From contig OX597822.1 in NCBI GenBank assembly GCA_951406725.2, forward strand, positions 97,712,001 to 97,776,000: a DNA stretch of 64,000 bases, read 5' to 3'. Shown in pieces: positions 50,604-63,962 of this stretch. The notes below the pieces were generated by a model, which did no database searches, had not been told where the DNA came from, and saw only the letters and a program-made list of their open reading frames with translations. Every line of letters starts with the position of its first letter. Positions within the stretch are counted from its first letter, which is position 1. The stretch is from Octopus vulgaris. Taxonomy: Eukaryota. The position numbers and the translations under genes are program-made.

Positions 50604-51233
50604 TGAAAGGGTGTTTCATCTCAGGCCCCAATTTGCTGACCTACTACTTCAGATACCATCTGAAGAGCAAGATGGGGCTGGAGAAGGAGGACCCTGCCAC
50701 CGAGAGTATTCGAGAAACGATGGAAGGATGTGATGAGAAAGGTAGGTGTTAGTGGCCCAGCTTAATCAATCATTGAGGAAAGGAAAAGTTCATTGCTGGG
50801 CCTTACAGGCTGCCGGGTGCGACCCATAACGTTTTGTTCGTGTCTTTCTTTGATTTAGTTTCAGGTTAAATCAAAGTTCTATTTAAAGACAAATTCAAAC
50901 GATATATAAAATACATATTATTTAAGTAAATTTTTAATATTTATATCATGCGAACTCATGTAACATCTTTGTCTTTTGTTTGTCCTGTATTGTCCCATTC
51001 TATGTAAGATCACCATTTTTTTTTTCTCTTTTACTTGTTTCAGTCATTTGACTGCGGCCATGCTGGAGCACCGCCTTTAGTCGAGCAAATCGACCCTGGG
51101 ACTTATTCTTTGTAAGCCCAGTACTTATTCTCTCGGTCGCTTTTTGCCGAACCGCTAAGTGATGGGGACATAAACACACCAGCATCGGTTGTCAAGCAAT
51201 GCTAGGGGGACAAACACAGACACACAAACACAT

Positions 51234-51266
<33 letters not shown>

Positions 51267-51800
51267 CATACATACGACAGGCTTCTTTCAGTTTCCGTCT
51301 ACCAAATCCACTCACAAGGCTTTGGTCGGCCCGAGGCTATAGTAGAACACACTTGCCCAAGATGCCACGCAGTGGGACTAAACCCGGAACCATGTGGCTG
51401 GTAAGCAAGCTACTTACCACACAGCCACTACTGATCATAATAAAAATACTCTTTCTCTCTCTGTGCGTCTAGAATGCAACGACTCGTGACAGGATCCTTC
51501 ATCTCCGGCCCTGGTCTGCTGTATTACTTCAGATATGATCTGAAGAGCAAGATAGGGCTGGAGAGGAGGCACCTGTCGCGAAGTATATTCGAGGAAAGAT
51601 GGAAGGATATAGCCAGGAAGTTGGGCGTGATTGTTCCTACTTAATCTCATTCGTGGTAAAGCAAGGTGTAGTCGCTGGACTTCACGGCCATAGTTTGTGT
51701 GCAAAAAGTGGAAAATTTTAAAAATTATTATATACATCATCGAATTTTTAAATTATCATAATATGAACTCGCATAGCACTATTTGTTTGTAACGTCCTGT
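50604..51800 (+). pseudogene. Two short 3' fragments of Tx1-like ORF2 separated by a family A SINE (51025-51432, minus strand)
   Basis: FISGPNLLTYYFRYHLKSKMGLEKE (50614) and FISGPGL..YFRYDLKSKIGLER (51497) match FISGPGLVNFFTFHLRRKIGLEKK near 35210. Confidence 0.7.
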
Positions 51801-51902
51801 ACCGTACTTTTCTGTATACGATATAAATTATCATAATAAAAAATCCCCCCTCTCTCTGTATGTATGTATGTATGTATGTATGTTTGTCTGTATTTATGTA
51901 TG

Positions 51903-51948
<46 letters not shown>

Positions 51949-52030
51949 TATGTATATATATACATATATATGTATATATATATATATATGCATGTATATA
52001 TATATATATATGTATATATATGTATGTATA

Positions 52031-52077
<47 letters not shown>

Positions 52078-52126
52078 GTATATATGTATATATGTATACA
52101 TATATACGTATATATGTATACATAAC

Positions 52127-55100
52127 ACGCCCAGGCTTACCGTCCGATCTACGTCCGAAGCTACGTGTAGCGGCTTCCCTGAATAGGAACTCAGCTCTAC
52201 AGGAAAGCTTCAGTCTTCGGGAAGATGGACAAATCTGGAGATTTGTCAAGACTGATGAAACGTGGAAGAGAGATACCAGCTGGTCTGAGTGCTCTCTACC
52301 CACAATAACTAAAAAGACTACAGCAACTCAGGGAAACTAAGCCAGGACAATCTGCCATCCTCCACACACCATCATAAACTGCGAGCAGGGTACAAATTGT
52401 TGTCCTTAAATGCTCGCAGTTTATGCAACAAAATACATTTGTTCAACGCCTACGTCAGAAGTGTTGACCCTGACTTCATCACTGTCACGGAAACATGGGC
52501 GCATTCCTTACTCTGTGATGGGGTTTTCAACATCACGGGGTACAACCTCTTCCGTAAGGACCGCACTAACCGCCGCGGTGGTGGTGTGATGGTCTACGTT
52601 CGTTCAAATTTTTTGGTAATTCCTTGTGCCGATTTGAACGAATCACAAGAAGAAGTTTTTTTCTGTGACGTACGTATGACCATGTCAACACTCCTGCTTG
52701 GCGTTGTTTATCGTCCCCCAAATTACCATCAGGACACACAGCTTTGCAACATCCTCCGAGCTGCAGCCAGGAAAACAGCCACTTATGTGTTTATTGCAGG
52801 CGATTTCAATCATCCTGAGATCGATTGGGAAACCTTCCGTTGGCCACAGAGTGCAAACGATTTTGTTGAGCTCGTGCTGGACTCAAACTGGTCACAAGTA
52901 GTCACCTCTCCAACAAGAGGCGACAACACCTTGGACCTGCTCTTCACCACAACTCCTGAAGCGGTTATCAATTGCACTACGGAGGAACCTCTAGGTGACT
53001 CTGATCATGCTATGATCATCGCCAATCTGGCTCTTGCGGGCAACAAACACCTGAACCATCTCCAATCTGCTTCCTTCGATTGGAAGAGAGCAGATTGGAA
53101 CCTGTACCACACTGAACTACAGCACCCAAACTGGCGTGAATTCTACAACTCTGGAGATGTGAATACTATACTCCAGAGTATCCTGGACTCAATATGGGCA
53201 GCATGTGCAGCATCAGTGCCACGTAAACAAAAAAAGAAGAACCGCCCCAAAAGGGCAATTTGGGAAACTTCAGCGGTCCGACTTGCCAGGAAGGAACGTC
53301 GGACTGCTGAACAGGAATACAAGTTGCATAAATCAGACACCAACAGGAAGAAGCGGAATAAATCCTCCAACCATCTCAAGCAAGTGACAAAAAATGCAGT
53401 GCTTGAATTTGAACAGTGCATAGCAGCCAATCCTGACAGCAAGGTTTTCTGGAAATATGTGCATTCAAAGCAGAGACCTCACTCTCCAGTGGGCCCTCTT
53501 CGCAACCCTCACACGAACCAGATCATTGACGACCCCAAGGAATGCGCAGAACTCATTGCCGAGTGCTATGCAAACATATTCACTGTCGAAAGTCAAAATG
53601 TACCATCTTCACCATCACTAACAGCAAACTCCATAACAACTATGGAATTTACACCTGCAATGCTGCGACATCACCTTCAAAATAAGCGCAACTATGCCTC
53701 CCCTGGTCTCGATGGAGTTACATACCTGCTTCTCAAACGTGGCAGGCACTTCCTTTTACACCAGCTTTCTATTTTCTTCCAGTACTGTCTCAACAATGGT
53801 GCTACTCCGGAGCAGTGGAAAACTGCCAGTGTCATTCCTCTGTTCAAAAAGGGTGACCGCACATCACCTGTCAACTATCGCCCAGTCAGTCTCACTAGCT
53901 GTATTGCAAAACTGATGGAATCGTGTGTCAGAGAAACACTCTGGAACTTCTGGAGCTCTCACAGTCTCATCCGACCCTCACAATATGGATTTGTCCCTAA
54001 CTCCAGCTGCAGTGACCAGCTTGTCGAGTTCCTTGAGGACATTACTCAGATCACTGACAGTGGCTCATGGGTGGATGTTGTCTACCTTGACTTTGCTAAG
54101 GCTTTCAACTCTGTGCCACACAAAAGGCTTATGGTGAAACTCTCTGCAATGGGTGTGGGGCATGACCTTTTTAACTGGTTGAAATCCTTCATCCTCAGCC
54201 GAAAGGAGGTAGTCACAGTTCTAGGACAGCACTCTACACCATATGAGATGTCATCGGGTGTACCACAGGGATCTGTCCTTGGTACACTCCTGTTTGTGGC
54301 ATACATTAATGACATAGATGCCAATTTAAAGAATGCCACAGTATTGAAATATGCAGACGACATCAAGCTGTACCTTGAAATCAAGAGGACTGATCCTGAT
54401 GTCTACAACTCTTTCCTGCAATCAGACACAATGCAGCAATGGATCACAGACTGGCAACTGAAACTGGCTGTGGACAAGTGTACCACCATGCATTTTGGGA
54501 GAAAAAACCCTGCGTCCACATACTCCCTCCACAACACTGATATCAAGAAATCCTCTTGCGAGCGTGACCTAGGCATCACTGTCAGCAGTGATTTGCGTTG
54601 AACAAAGCATATCTCTAAAATTGTCAAGAAGGCCGAGGGTGTCTTGGCATCACTCAGCAAGACTTTTGTTAGCCGCTCTCCAGCCATCTATTTAAAACTG
54701 TATACAGCTATGGTACGACCACACTTGGAATTCGCATCATCAGTTTGGAATCCCTATCTTGCTCAGAACATTGACCTCCTGGAATCTGTCCAGAGACGTG
54801 CAACCAAACGCATACCCTCCATCAGACACCTACCATATTCTGAGCGCCTTGTTTCCCTGGGCATGGATTCACTGAAGCTCCGGCGTCTGGCGACGGACTT
54901 GGTAAACACCCACAAGGTTATCAACCACCTCACCAACAACAACACTGAACACCTTTTTGATCTCCATGTGTCTAACACACGTGGACATGCCTACAAAGTC
55001 AGAAAACAGCACAGCTCCCATGACTTTCGGAAACATTTTTTCACGCTCAGGGTTGCTGAAGCGTGGAATAAACTGCCTGCATCAGTTGTTGACTGCCATG

Positions 55101-55235
55101 ACACTGCATCCTTTAAGGCCCTCATGCTTCCCGAAATCCGTCGAAACTACACCTGATTATATATACACTTTAGATGAGTTGTAGTGCACCTGAGCACTGT
55201 ACACAATTATTATTATTATTATTATTATTATTATA
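52127..55235 (+). mobile_element. Young 5'-truncated CR1-group LINE
   Basis: End of ORF1 (to 52340), ORF2 52397-55156, short 3' UTR gtagtgcacctgagcactgtacaca and an (ATT)n tail. The 5' end abuts a TA microsatellite. Confidence 0.93.
52397..55156 (+). pseudogene. LINE ORF2 (APE endonuclease + reverse transcriptase), ~919 codons, one in-frame TGA at 54599-54601
   Basis: LNARS, VTETW, GGGV, YRPP, GDFN, LDL, SDH; NYRPVSLT, YLDFAKAF, GVPQGSVLG, YADD, ERDLG, RPHLEF, VQRRATK, TRGH, WNKLP. ORFs 52397-54601 and 54644-55156 are in the same frame. Confidence 0.93.
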
Positions 55236-55491
55236 AACAAATAATAAACAAATAAATATAAGTTCACACACACACATATATATATACACACATACTTAGA
55301 TTATACATGTATATACATATCTCAAAATATGCATTACATTGACACACACATATATATGGTTTGGACATTGGTATTTAATACACGTTTCTATGATCGACAA
55401 AATCACTTTGAGGTGAGGGTCATGTGAGGGTCATATGAGTGTTGAACTGACTATTATCTTGTGAAGGCTTCTTTTAATAAGATCAAAGTCG

Positions 55492-56593
55492 GATCTTTTC
55501 TGTTGCTGTCATAGTGATTGAAATTTTAAAATTAAGTGAAAATTTTCAAATTTGGTATATTAATGTAATTTTCCACGCTGAATCTGATTTTGTCATTCGC
55601 TTGTTCCAGGAAAGTTTTAGAAAAATGATATCATTCTTAACCAACCAGAAAACAAGATTTGGAAGCTGGCATTTTCTATCACAACATTACGAAAGAAATA
55701 TATTAAGATGATCAAAGTTTTAAGAAGTTTTGAAATTTTAATAAGTTTAAATGAATAAAGTTATGTGAAACTTTGGAAAAGGCAATACAATAACGAAAAA
55801 TCTTCAATGAAATTCTTTTTTGCGAAAAATTACAAAATACAAAGTGTGCGTTAGATTACAAAAAACAAAATCAAAGACATAAAGAAAAAAAAATCTGTAG
55901 GTTACCCTGTAGGTTCAGGTCGCCTAAACAGTTAATACATTTTTTTGTAGTGAAAATTCAAAAACGAAAGTTTGAAACACGTTAGAGTTAATTTTAGGGT
56001 TGGAATTAGGGTTTAGGGTTTAGCGTCAGAGTTTACGGTTGAGATTTAGGGTTAAAATTAAGGCTTAGGGTTTAAGGTTAGAGTTAAGGTTTAGGACTGA
56101 GGTTTATGGTTACAGCTAGAGTTTAGGGTTACAGTTAGAGTTGGAGTTTAGGGTTGCGGTTTAAGGTTAGAATTAGGGTTTAGGGTTAGAGTTACGGTTT
56201 AGGTTTGGAGTTTAGGGTTAGAATTTGGGTTTCGGTTAGAGTCAGAGTCAAAGTTAGGGTTTAGGGTTTGAATTAGAGTTTTAGGTTTAGGGTTGTGGTT
56301 AGAGTTAGAATTTAGAGGTGAGATTTAGTGTTAGAATTAGGATTAAATGTTAAGGGTTAGGGTTGAGGTTTAGGATTAGAATTAGGGTTTAGGGTAGCAT
56401 TTAGGGTCAGTCCGACCAGTGGGTAAGCTGACGTTAATCAATTAGTAACATATTTTTAGTGAATATTTTTCGAAAATTTTTCCGGAACAAGTGAATAACA
56501 AAATCAGATTCAGCGGGAAAAAATTACATCAATAGACCAAAAATTGCCACTTAATTTTAAAATTTCGAAAACTGTGACAGTAGCAGAAAAGAC
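55492..56593. mobile_element. ~130-bp inverted repeats enclosing a degenerate telomere-like array
   Basis: cttttctgttgctgtca...cgctgaatctgattttgtcattcgcttgttcc versus ggaacaagtgaataacaaaatcagattcagcg...tgacagtagcagaaaag. Confidence 0.65.
55982..56407 (+). repeat. Degenerate (TTAGGG/TTTAGGG/TTAGAG)n array
   Basis: Direct reading of the sequence. Confidence 0.85.
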
Positions 56594-58036
56594 TCGTAAG
56601 TTTTTCTGTCTGATAAAATGATGCAAAACAAACAGGCATGTAAACAATTTTAAAATAAAAGATCCCCAATGAAATATTTGGGCGAAAAATGACAAAAAGC
56701 AAAACCAAAAACAAATTGTACATTATACTATAGTAATTCAATTCATTAAACAATCAATACATTTTTTTTTAGCGAAGATTAAAAAGCAAAAGTTCACAAT
56801 ATAGGTACTCGTCAAAGAAAATAGGTAAAGAAAATATACGTAGTGGTTGTTGTAGTTTTAAGCAGACAGCAGCATGGTTTGTTACTATGGAAACCGGCAC
56901 CAATGTGTCTGTAGCTTTCAATTGGCTAAAATTACCCCAACTTTGCCAACTTTAAAAACTATTAAATTTTTATTTATTAGTTTATAGCAAAAATGAACTT
57001 CATTTCTATAATCAACATACAAACTATATCAGTTCATCAAATCTGAAAACAATTGGAACAAAATATTAAAAAAAGATGAAAACTGTGACCGAAGAAAATA
57101 GAAAAGATTCTCAAAGTCAAATATAGGCATTCAGTTACTTGCCGTTCTAAATGTAGAAATATATTTAAACTTGAAGGTGTTACTCAAAAGCAGATTGTGG
57201 AAGCAATCAATAACCTCGCATCGCTAGATCAAAATAACATTCGGTTAGACTTTAAACCTTAACTCTATAATACTTTACTTGAAATACTCGGATGTGAAGA
57301 AAGAAAGCAACAATGCAGTCTGCTTCGATGACATTGAAGAAGAAATATAAAAAATCTTTTAGAGCAGAAACAAACAAGATTTTTCTTAATAACACCTTTA
57401 GCCATGCGCAGGCAGGATCTCTGAAGAAGGAAAAAGCAGTCAAGGCTCTTGTCGAAAAGCACAGTACCATCTTAGGACAAGATGGGCATACTATACAGTT
57501 ACTCGGGTACCTCACGGGTCTAGGGGCTCAGTTCTTATCTGTGTATGTTGTGGTTTGCTCACAATAAGTAGATATTATAAAGTCATGTGCATTGATTCAG
57601 CCGGGGGCCGATAATGTTGGTAAGACGGCCCTGCAAAAGCGTCCAAGGGAAATACATGTTGGAACGCCAGATCAGTTGAAGTTCAAAAAGCTGCGGATGC
57701 TTTGCAACATTTCGCCCGTTCTGAGATCACCAAAGTTGATTTTGCTTTTTATCCACACGATGTTGATAAATTAAGTACCATTTGTGCACTCATGTCGATG
57801 TAATCGACAAGCACCCTCTGCCAAATTTCAGGTCTTGTGCCTATAGTAGAAAGGATTGCTTTAGTCTCCATTCCTGGGATGGTATTCACTACGGAATTTT
57901 TAAAAATTGTTTAGAAATGTAATTTGCATCAGTCATTTTTGTCGAATTTCAATGTGGCTTTGGCTGTAAAAGCAAAGCTGTACGTCAACAACAGGAAAAT
58001 GTACCGACATTAGCGATTACTATAACCACCATTGTT

Positions 58037-58123
<87 letters not shown>

Positions 58124-58140
58124 AAAAAAATTTTTTTTTT

Positions 58141-58665
58141 GAGTGAGAGAGCAGTGCATATTCTGCTCAATGCCACAGATTTGCTTGTCAGTTGTTTGAC
58201 ACTAGGATGAAATATACGAAACCCAGTATGCCCATCATGACTACCCGTGTGATAAGGGTACACCAGGTATATGCATCACAACCATATGTGCGCGACATGG
58301 TGATCTCATAACAAGATAAACAGAGCATGACCTGTTTCCCTGATTAAGGGTTGTTTAAGGATGTTGAATGAAACACCCATTTTTCCAGAGGTGAATTATT
58401 CAAACCCCAAAGAATCCCTCTCAACACATGGCTATGATGCTCCCCCACTACTTCTGCTCGTGATAAGAGATGCACATATCGTCAGCCACTAAGGGACATG
58501 CTCAACTATTTAAGGTCAAACAACTGACAAGCAAATCTGTGGCATTGAGCAGAATATTTGATGTAGCCCATCTTTTATACCAAGACAAAACAATGTACAT
58601 AATAACACTTCCAATCAGTTAAGATCAGAAGCCATGAGAGCCGCTGCCTGGTACTGCATCAGGGC

Positions 58666-58668
<3 letters not shown>
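58141..58668 (-). mobile_element. Family E element, longest copy, flanked by (TAA)n-type tracts
   Basis: Minus strand (aat)n-aaatgccctgatgcagtaccaggcag...gcactgctctctcactc, then an A/T run and (aat)n. Confidence 0.8.
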
Positions 58669-58728
<60 letters not shown>

Positions 58729-58739
58729 CATTATTATTT

Positions 58740-61235
58740 TCAGCAGTCTTATTTTCATCATGTGCTTTCTCTGATTACAGAGCGCAGCTCTATGTGCCTT
58801 AGATATGGGCTGTGGTTTGTTTTGGTGCTAAAATTTTCACTGTATTGAAAATGCTTTACGTAGGATGTGTTCGGTCCCTAATAGTGCCATTTTCTGGTGC
58901 TTATGATATATATATTTGCCTGAATATTTTTTTATCATAGCTAATGCGCCTACTGTAATAGGAATTGTTTCTGTTTTTAGGCTCCACATTCGAGTTGCCT
59001 CTTTTTCTAGATCTTTGTATTTTGAAAGTTTCTTTGTTTCTTTTAGAGAAACGTTGTCACCTGTTGGCATCAATACGTTGATTAGAAAACATTTTTCTTC
59101 TTGGTGATCTCTGACAACTATATCCGGCTTATTAGCCTTGATTTCTCTATCTGTGTGTATTGTCATACCCTAGAGTATGGTTGTTTTCTGATTTTCTGTG
59201 ACCTTTTCTGGCATATACCTACACCATCTTTTTTCTGTTGTTATTCCATAGTGTTAACATAGCTTCCAGTGTATACAGGTCCCAACTCTGTTGTGTCTGT
59301 GAACATAGCCCTTCTTAGCCAGGACTGGGTAGCCAGAGACAATATGATTTATTGTTTCTTTTCCATCACAACATATTTTGCAGTTACTTGTATTTCTTTT
59401 CATTGTGTGTTTTTGGTGATTTCTGTTAAGTCTCTGCTTTGAGTCTTGAGGTTCTCAACCATTGTTGGGATTTTGCTTTGTCTATTTCGTTTGTTTAGCT
59501 TAACCTAATATTTGCCATGAAGGGGCTTTTCTTGTCATCGTTTTATCATGTACATTGCTGTTCCAGATTTAGCTTGGATTTCAGTTATTTAACAGCTTTT
59601 GTTGTTACTTCTTTTTCTTCATAGCTGTTAGGAACTATGACTTCGTTTTTGTATTTGTCAGTTTCCTTAACGAGAGAAACAGTTTTTGTTTTGTTCCTGT
59701 TTTGCGAGTATTTGTATCAGTTTTCTTTTCTTCCAAAGCAGGTCTTTGTGTAATCCTATGGTGGTTATTTTGTAATAGTTTTCTAGTTGCATAAGGCCTC
59801 TGCCACCTACGATACGTTGTCTATATAACCTTTCTTTGTCAGATTTTGGGTGGTTCATCCAAAATCCTGTCACTTTTTCTTGTTTTCCTGTCAATTTTGA
59901 TTAGCTCATTTAGAGTCCAGTTAAGACTATTGTAGCTGTAACTTATTACTGGGACGGCTAAAATGTTGATACCTATTATCTTGTTTATCGCATTGAGCTA
60001 TTTTCAGTATTAATCTAACTCGTCTATAGTATTCATTTCTTCTTTCATCTCTTTCATTTGCGTGTGTTGCATCGTATCTAGTTCATTGATTCCTAAATAT
60101 CTGTATGTCTGGCTTTGGTCTAATTTTCTAATTTCATTTGTGTTATTTAGCGTGACGTTGTTACTCTTAACTAGTTTTCCTCTTTTCGAGGTTACTTTGG
60201 TACATTTTTGTAAGCCAAATTTCATATTTATTTCTTTGGTAAATCCATGTACTGTCTATAGTAATGTTTAAAGCTGTTTATCATTTGTAGCGTGCAGTTT
60301 TAGATCATCCATATACAAGAGATGGTTGATTGTTCTGCCGCAATAGTTGTATCCACATCCAGTTCTGTTTAGCATGTTAGACAAAGGTATCAGCGCCAAG
60401 CAGAATTAGGAGTGGAGAGAGCGTGTCTCCCCGGAATATTCCCCTTCTAATGAGGATGGCTTTAGTTTTTATGAGTCCCTCTTTTATCTGGAGTAGTAGC
60501 ACTGTTTGCCATTTATTCATGGAATGTTTTATATATTTTATGATTATTGGTGCTACCTTGTTCATGCCTAGTGTTTCTAGGATCCATGTGTGAGGAATAC
60601 AATTAAAAGCCTTTTGGTAATCGATCCAGACCATACTTTGACCCTTCTTTCTTCGGTTGTCTTCAGTTATGACTTTATTGATCAGTAGCTGATCCTTACA
60701 ACCGTATAGGCCCTTGCAATATCCCTTCTGTTCTTCTGGAAACGGCTTGTTTTCTTCCAGATGTTTTCCCATTCTCTGCGATATTATTGCAGTAAAAGCT
60801 TATTAAATTGTAGGGACAAAAGGTATCGTTCTGTAGTTTTGTGGGTTTGCAATTTCAGTGGATTTGGGAATTAGGATAGTTTTCCCTTCCGTGAGCCATT
60901 CAGGCATTATCTCTGGCTCTACTGGTATTTCATTAAATTTCTCAGCCAGTGTTTTATGTGTTTCTGTTGGATATTTTAACCAGAAGTTGGGGATCTTGCT
61001 GTACTCGGATGCCTTCCAGTAGCTTAGTCTTTGCAGTGTTTAGGTGATCTCTTCAGTTATTATAAGAGTCCAGAGTTGTTCAGGTACTGTGTTTGTTATT
61101 TTAATAGATCTTTTCTGAGGTTGTTTCTTCGCCGACCATATTTCTTTCCAAAATTCTTCCACTTCTGTTTTTAGCGCTGCATTGATCTCTATTTTGTCTC
61201 TGCGAAGGTTTTGGTAGAATCTTTTGGGGCTGGAG
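58740..61235 (-). pseudogene. Decayed R4/Dong-clade non-LTR retrotransposon (RT + RLE)
   Basis: EEQKGYCKGLYGCKDQLLI, WIDYQKAFNCIPH, RRGIFRGDTLSPL, HLLYMDDLKL, MKFGLQKC, YRYLG, TDREIKANKPDIV, KKLSKYKDLE, VGALA. Bounded by (TAA)n at both ends. Confidence 0.9.
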
Positions 61236-61259
61236 TTGTTGTTGTTATTGTTGTTGTTG

Positions 61260-61324
<65 letters not shown>

Positions 61325-61783
61325 GAGTGAGAGAGCAGCGCATGCCATCAAATTGACACTGGGGTACAAATATACGAAGACTAATACACCCATCATGACT
61401 ACCCAACTGATAGGGGTACGCCAGGTATATGCATCACATCCATATGCGCACGACATAGTGATCTCATATCAAAATAAAAAGCGCATGACTTTGCAAGTAG
61501 GGCCCAATTGGAATTTTCTTCAGGTCGAGTAGCCCATCCCACTCAAAAGGTTCCTGAATAAGGTTAGTTTAAGGAATTTGAATGAAACACCCATTTTTCC
61601 AGAGGTGAATTATGGAAACCCTCAACATATGGCTATGAATCTCTCTCACTACTTCTACTCGTGATCAGAAATGTATCATCAGCCAGTAAAGGACATGCTC
61701 AACTGGTTAAGGTCAAGCAACTGACAAGCAAATATATGGTATTGAGCAGAATATTTGCTGTAGCCCATCTTTTATATCAAACA
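61325..61783 (-). mobile_element. Family E element, 5'-truncated
   Basis: Colinear with 58141-58668; ends ctctctcactc(AAT)n. Confidence 0.8.
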
Positions 61784-61784
61784 T

Positions 61785-62630
61785 TTAGATTCTAGGATTG
61801 TAATCCCCTAATCCCCTGTGGGCCAGTGTACACTGTAAGTTTTTCGTCCAGTTTTGGGTGCTGGTAGTGCAGGGATTAGAACTTTCAAGCATATTATTGT
61901 CCTCAGCCCATCTATAAATTGCATCCAGCTCCTGCTGCAGGCGTGATACACCGCTAGGGTTTTGTATTTTTTGAGTGTCTTTTGTATCGTCTTCGTAGCT
62001 ACCAAGAGTGGCTATCCAGACAGCTGAGGGCATATCTGAGAGGACCACAATGAGAAGCAGTGGTCCCAAGACAGTGCCCTGTGGAACATCATTCACTATT
62101 TGTGTTACCTTTGAGGAAGCCCCCCTGACCATCACTGCCTGACCTGTATCTTTCAGAAAGTCATGTAGCTACTCTCCAAGTTTACTAGCTATGCCAAAAT
62201 GTGCAATTTGTGGCATATCATACCATGATCAATTTAATCCAAAGCTTTTGCGAAGTCAAGGTGTATTACTTCCACATTTGAGTTGTCGAATAACTGGTTC
62301 AACACCCAGTCGTAGTGCTGTAGGAGCTACGTCAGGCAGCTCCCACCTGGTCGAAAATCATGCTAGGTATCACTCAGCAAGTCATTTTCTTCAAGGAATG
62401 CGATTAATTTCCCGCTGACTATTCTTTCCATGACTTTGCTGATGTGTGAAGTCAGGGAGATAGGTTTATAATTTTTGGCATCTGCTTCCTCCCTTATGCA
62501 TTGGGCATATTATTTCCTCCTTCAGTTTGTTTGGCAGTTTTCCATTTGCAAGAAAACTTTGGAAGAGAATCCGAAGTGGTTTTGCCAGAGCATTTTTGCA
62601 CGATTTGAGGAGGATTGCTGGGAAACCAAA
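61785..62630 (-). pseudogene. Decayed CR1-group RT fragment
   Basis: NYKPISLTSHISKVME, YLDFAKA, VPQGTVLGPLL, YEDD (degenerate YADD), LQQELDAIYRWA. Confidence 0.8.
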
Positions 62631-63339
62631 TTAAACCAAATTAAAAATAGATAACCTGCTCAAGGGACATAATTTTTATAAGATTATTATAGTTCTTCAT
62701 TTTATTTCAAAATACGACGGGGCCATCTTCTGTAGATATGCCATATGTATACTATAACGACACAGATAATAAAGTGTGTGTGTGGGTGTCTGTATAATTG
62801 TAATAAGCTCGATAACTTCATTTTGCTATAAGTATTATTTTGCATTCGTTCTATATTTACATCTGTGGAAGATCAGTTTTAATTTTTCTCTGCCAACCCT
62901 CACAATAGAAACCGTAGAAGATCACTTTCGATTTATTCCTTGCATACCTTCAGAATAGAAACCGTGACTTACATTTTAGGTCCAACATTTTTTTACTTTG
63001 TTTCACATATTATACATCAGAATTTATGAGGTCAGCTATCATTTTTCCTATCTTACTTCAGCATATTTGTACAACTTACCATTCGAAAATACCCATTTTC
63101 TCTAAACATAGGAAGAAGCAAATTCTGTGGGGCACTCTTCTGTAGGTATGCCATATATGTAACATAACGATACGCATAATAACATGTGTATCATTGTGTG
63201 TATGTGCGTGTGTGTGTGCGTGTGTGTGTGAGTGTGTGTCTGAAAGAGTGTGTGTGTGTATGTATAACTGTAATAAGCTGTATTACTTTATGTTGCTATG
63301 AAAAAAAAAAGAGAAGCTGACATTGAGGGTCATCCAAGT

Positions 63340-63725
63340 ATAAAATTATTTGACTCGACACTCGGAAGAGTTTACTCCGTGAATCCAAGTTACTATGAAT
63401 GTTTCTTTTTGAGGGTGATTCTTCATGAAATAAAAGGACCGACTTCCTTCTCCTTTATAAGAATGGTTGACGGTCAAACTCTTCATACTTATAGAGAAGC
63501 CAGTTTAGCCTTAAATTTGTTAGATGACAATCCGGGATAGATGACAATGACTGGGGCCTCAGTGTTATGCACACTTATTTCTTTGAGAGAGATCTTTTTT
63601 GAAATTCTTCTCCTGAATTGTGAAATAACCCATTAACCTTGTGGCACAAATATAAGAATGATTTATCAGAAGACTACAAATATCAAGCACGATTGAGATT
63701 CTCTGAGAGGGAAATGGCATTCAAC
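63340..63725 (+). pseudogene. Helitron Rep/helicase ORF fragment
   Basis: LGRVYSVNP...ECFFLRVILHEIKGPTSF...VDG..TYREA..ALNLLDD, and LWHKYKNDLSED, are conserved Helitron RepHel inter-domain motifs. Confidence 0.85.
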
Positions 63726-63735
63726 GATTACATAT

Positions 63736-63962
63736 CTTTTACTCTTTTACTCTTTTACTTGTTTCAGTCATTTGACTGCGGCCATGCTGGAGCACCGCCT
63801 TTAATCGAGCAACTCGACCCCGGGACTTATTCTTTTTGTAAGCCCAGTACTTATTCTATCGGTCTCTTTTGTCGAACCGCTAAGTAACAGGGACATAAAC
63901 ACACCAGCATCAGTTGTCAAGCAATGCTAGAGGGACAAACACAGACACACAAACACACATAC

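Noticed and set aside
55982-56407. True telomere or chromosome end
   Set aside because: The array is degenerate, short and internal, with ordinary sequence on both sides.
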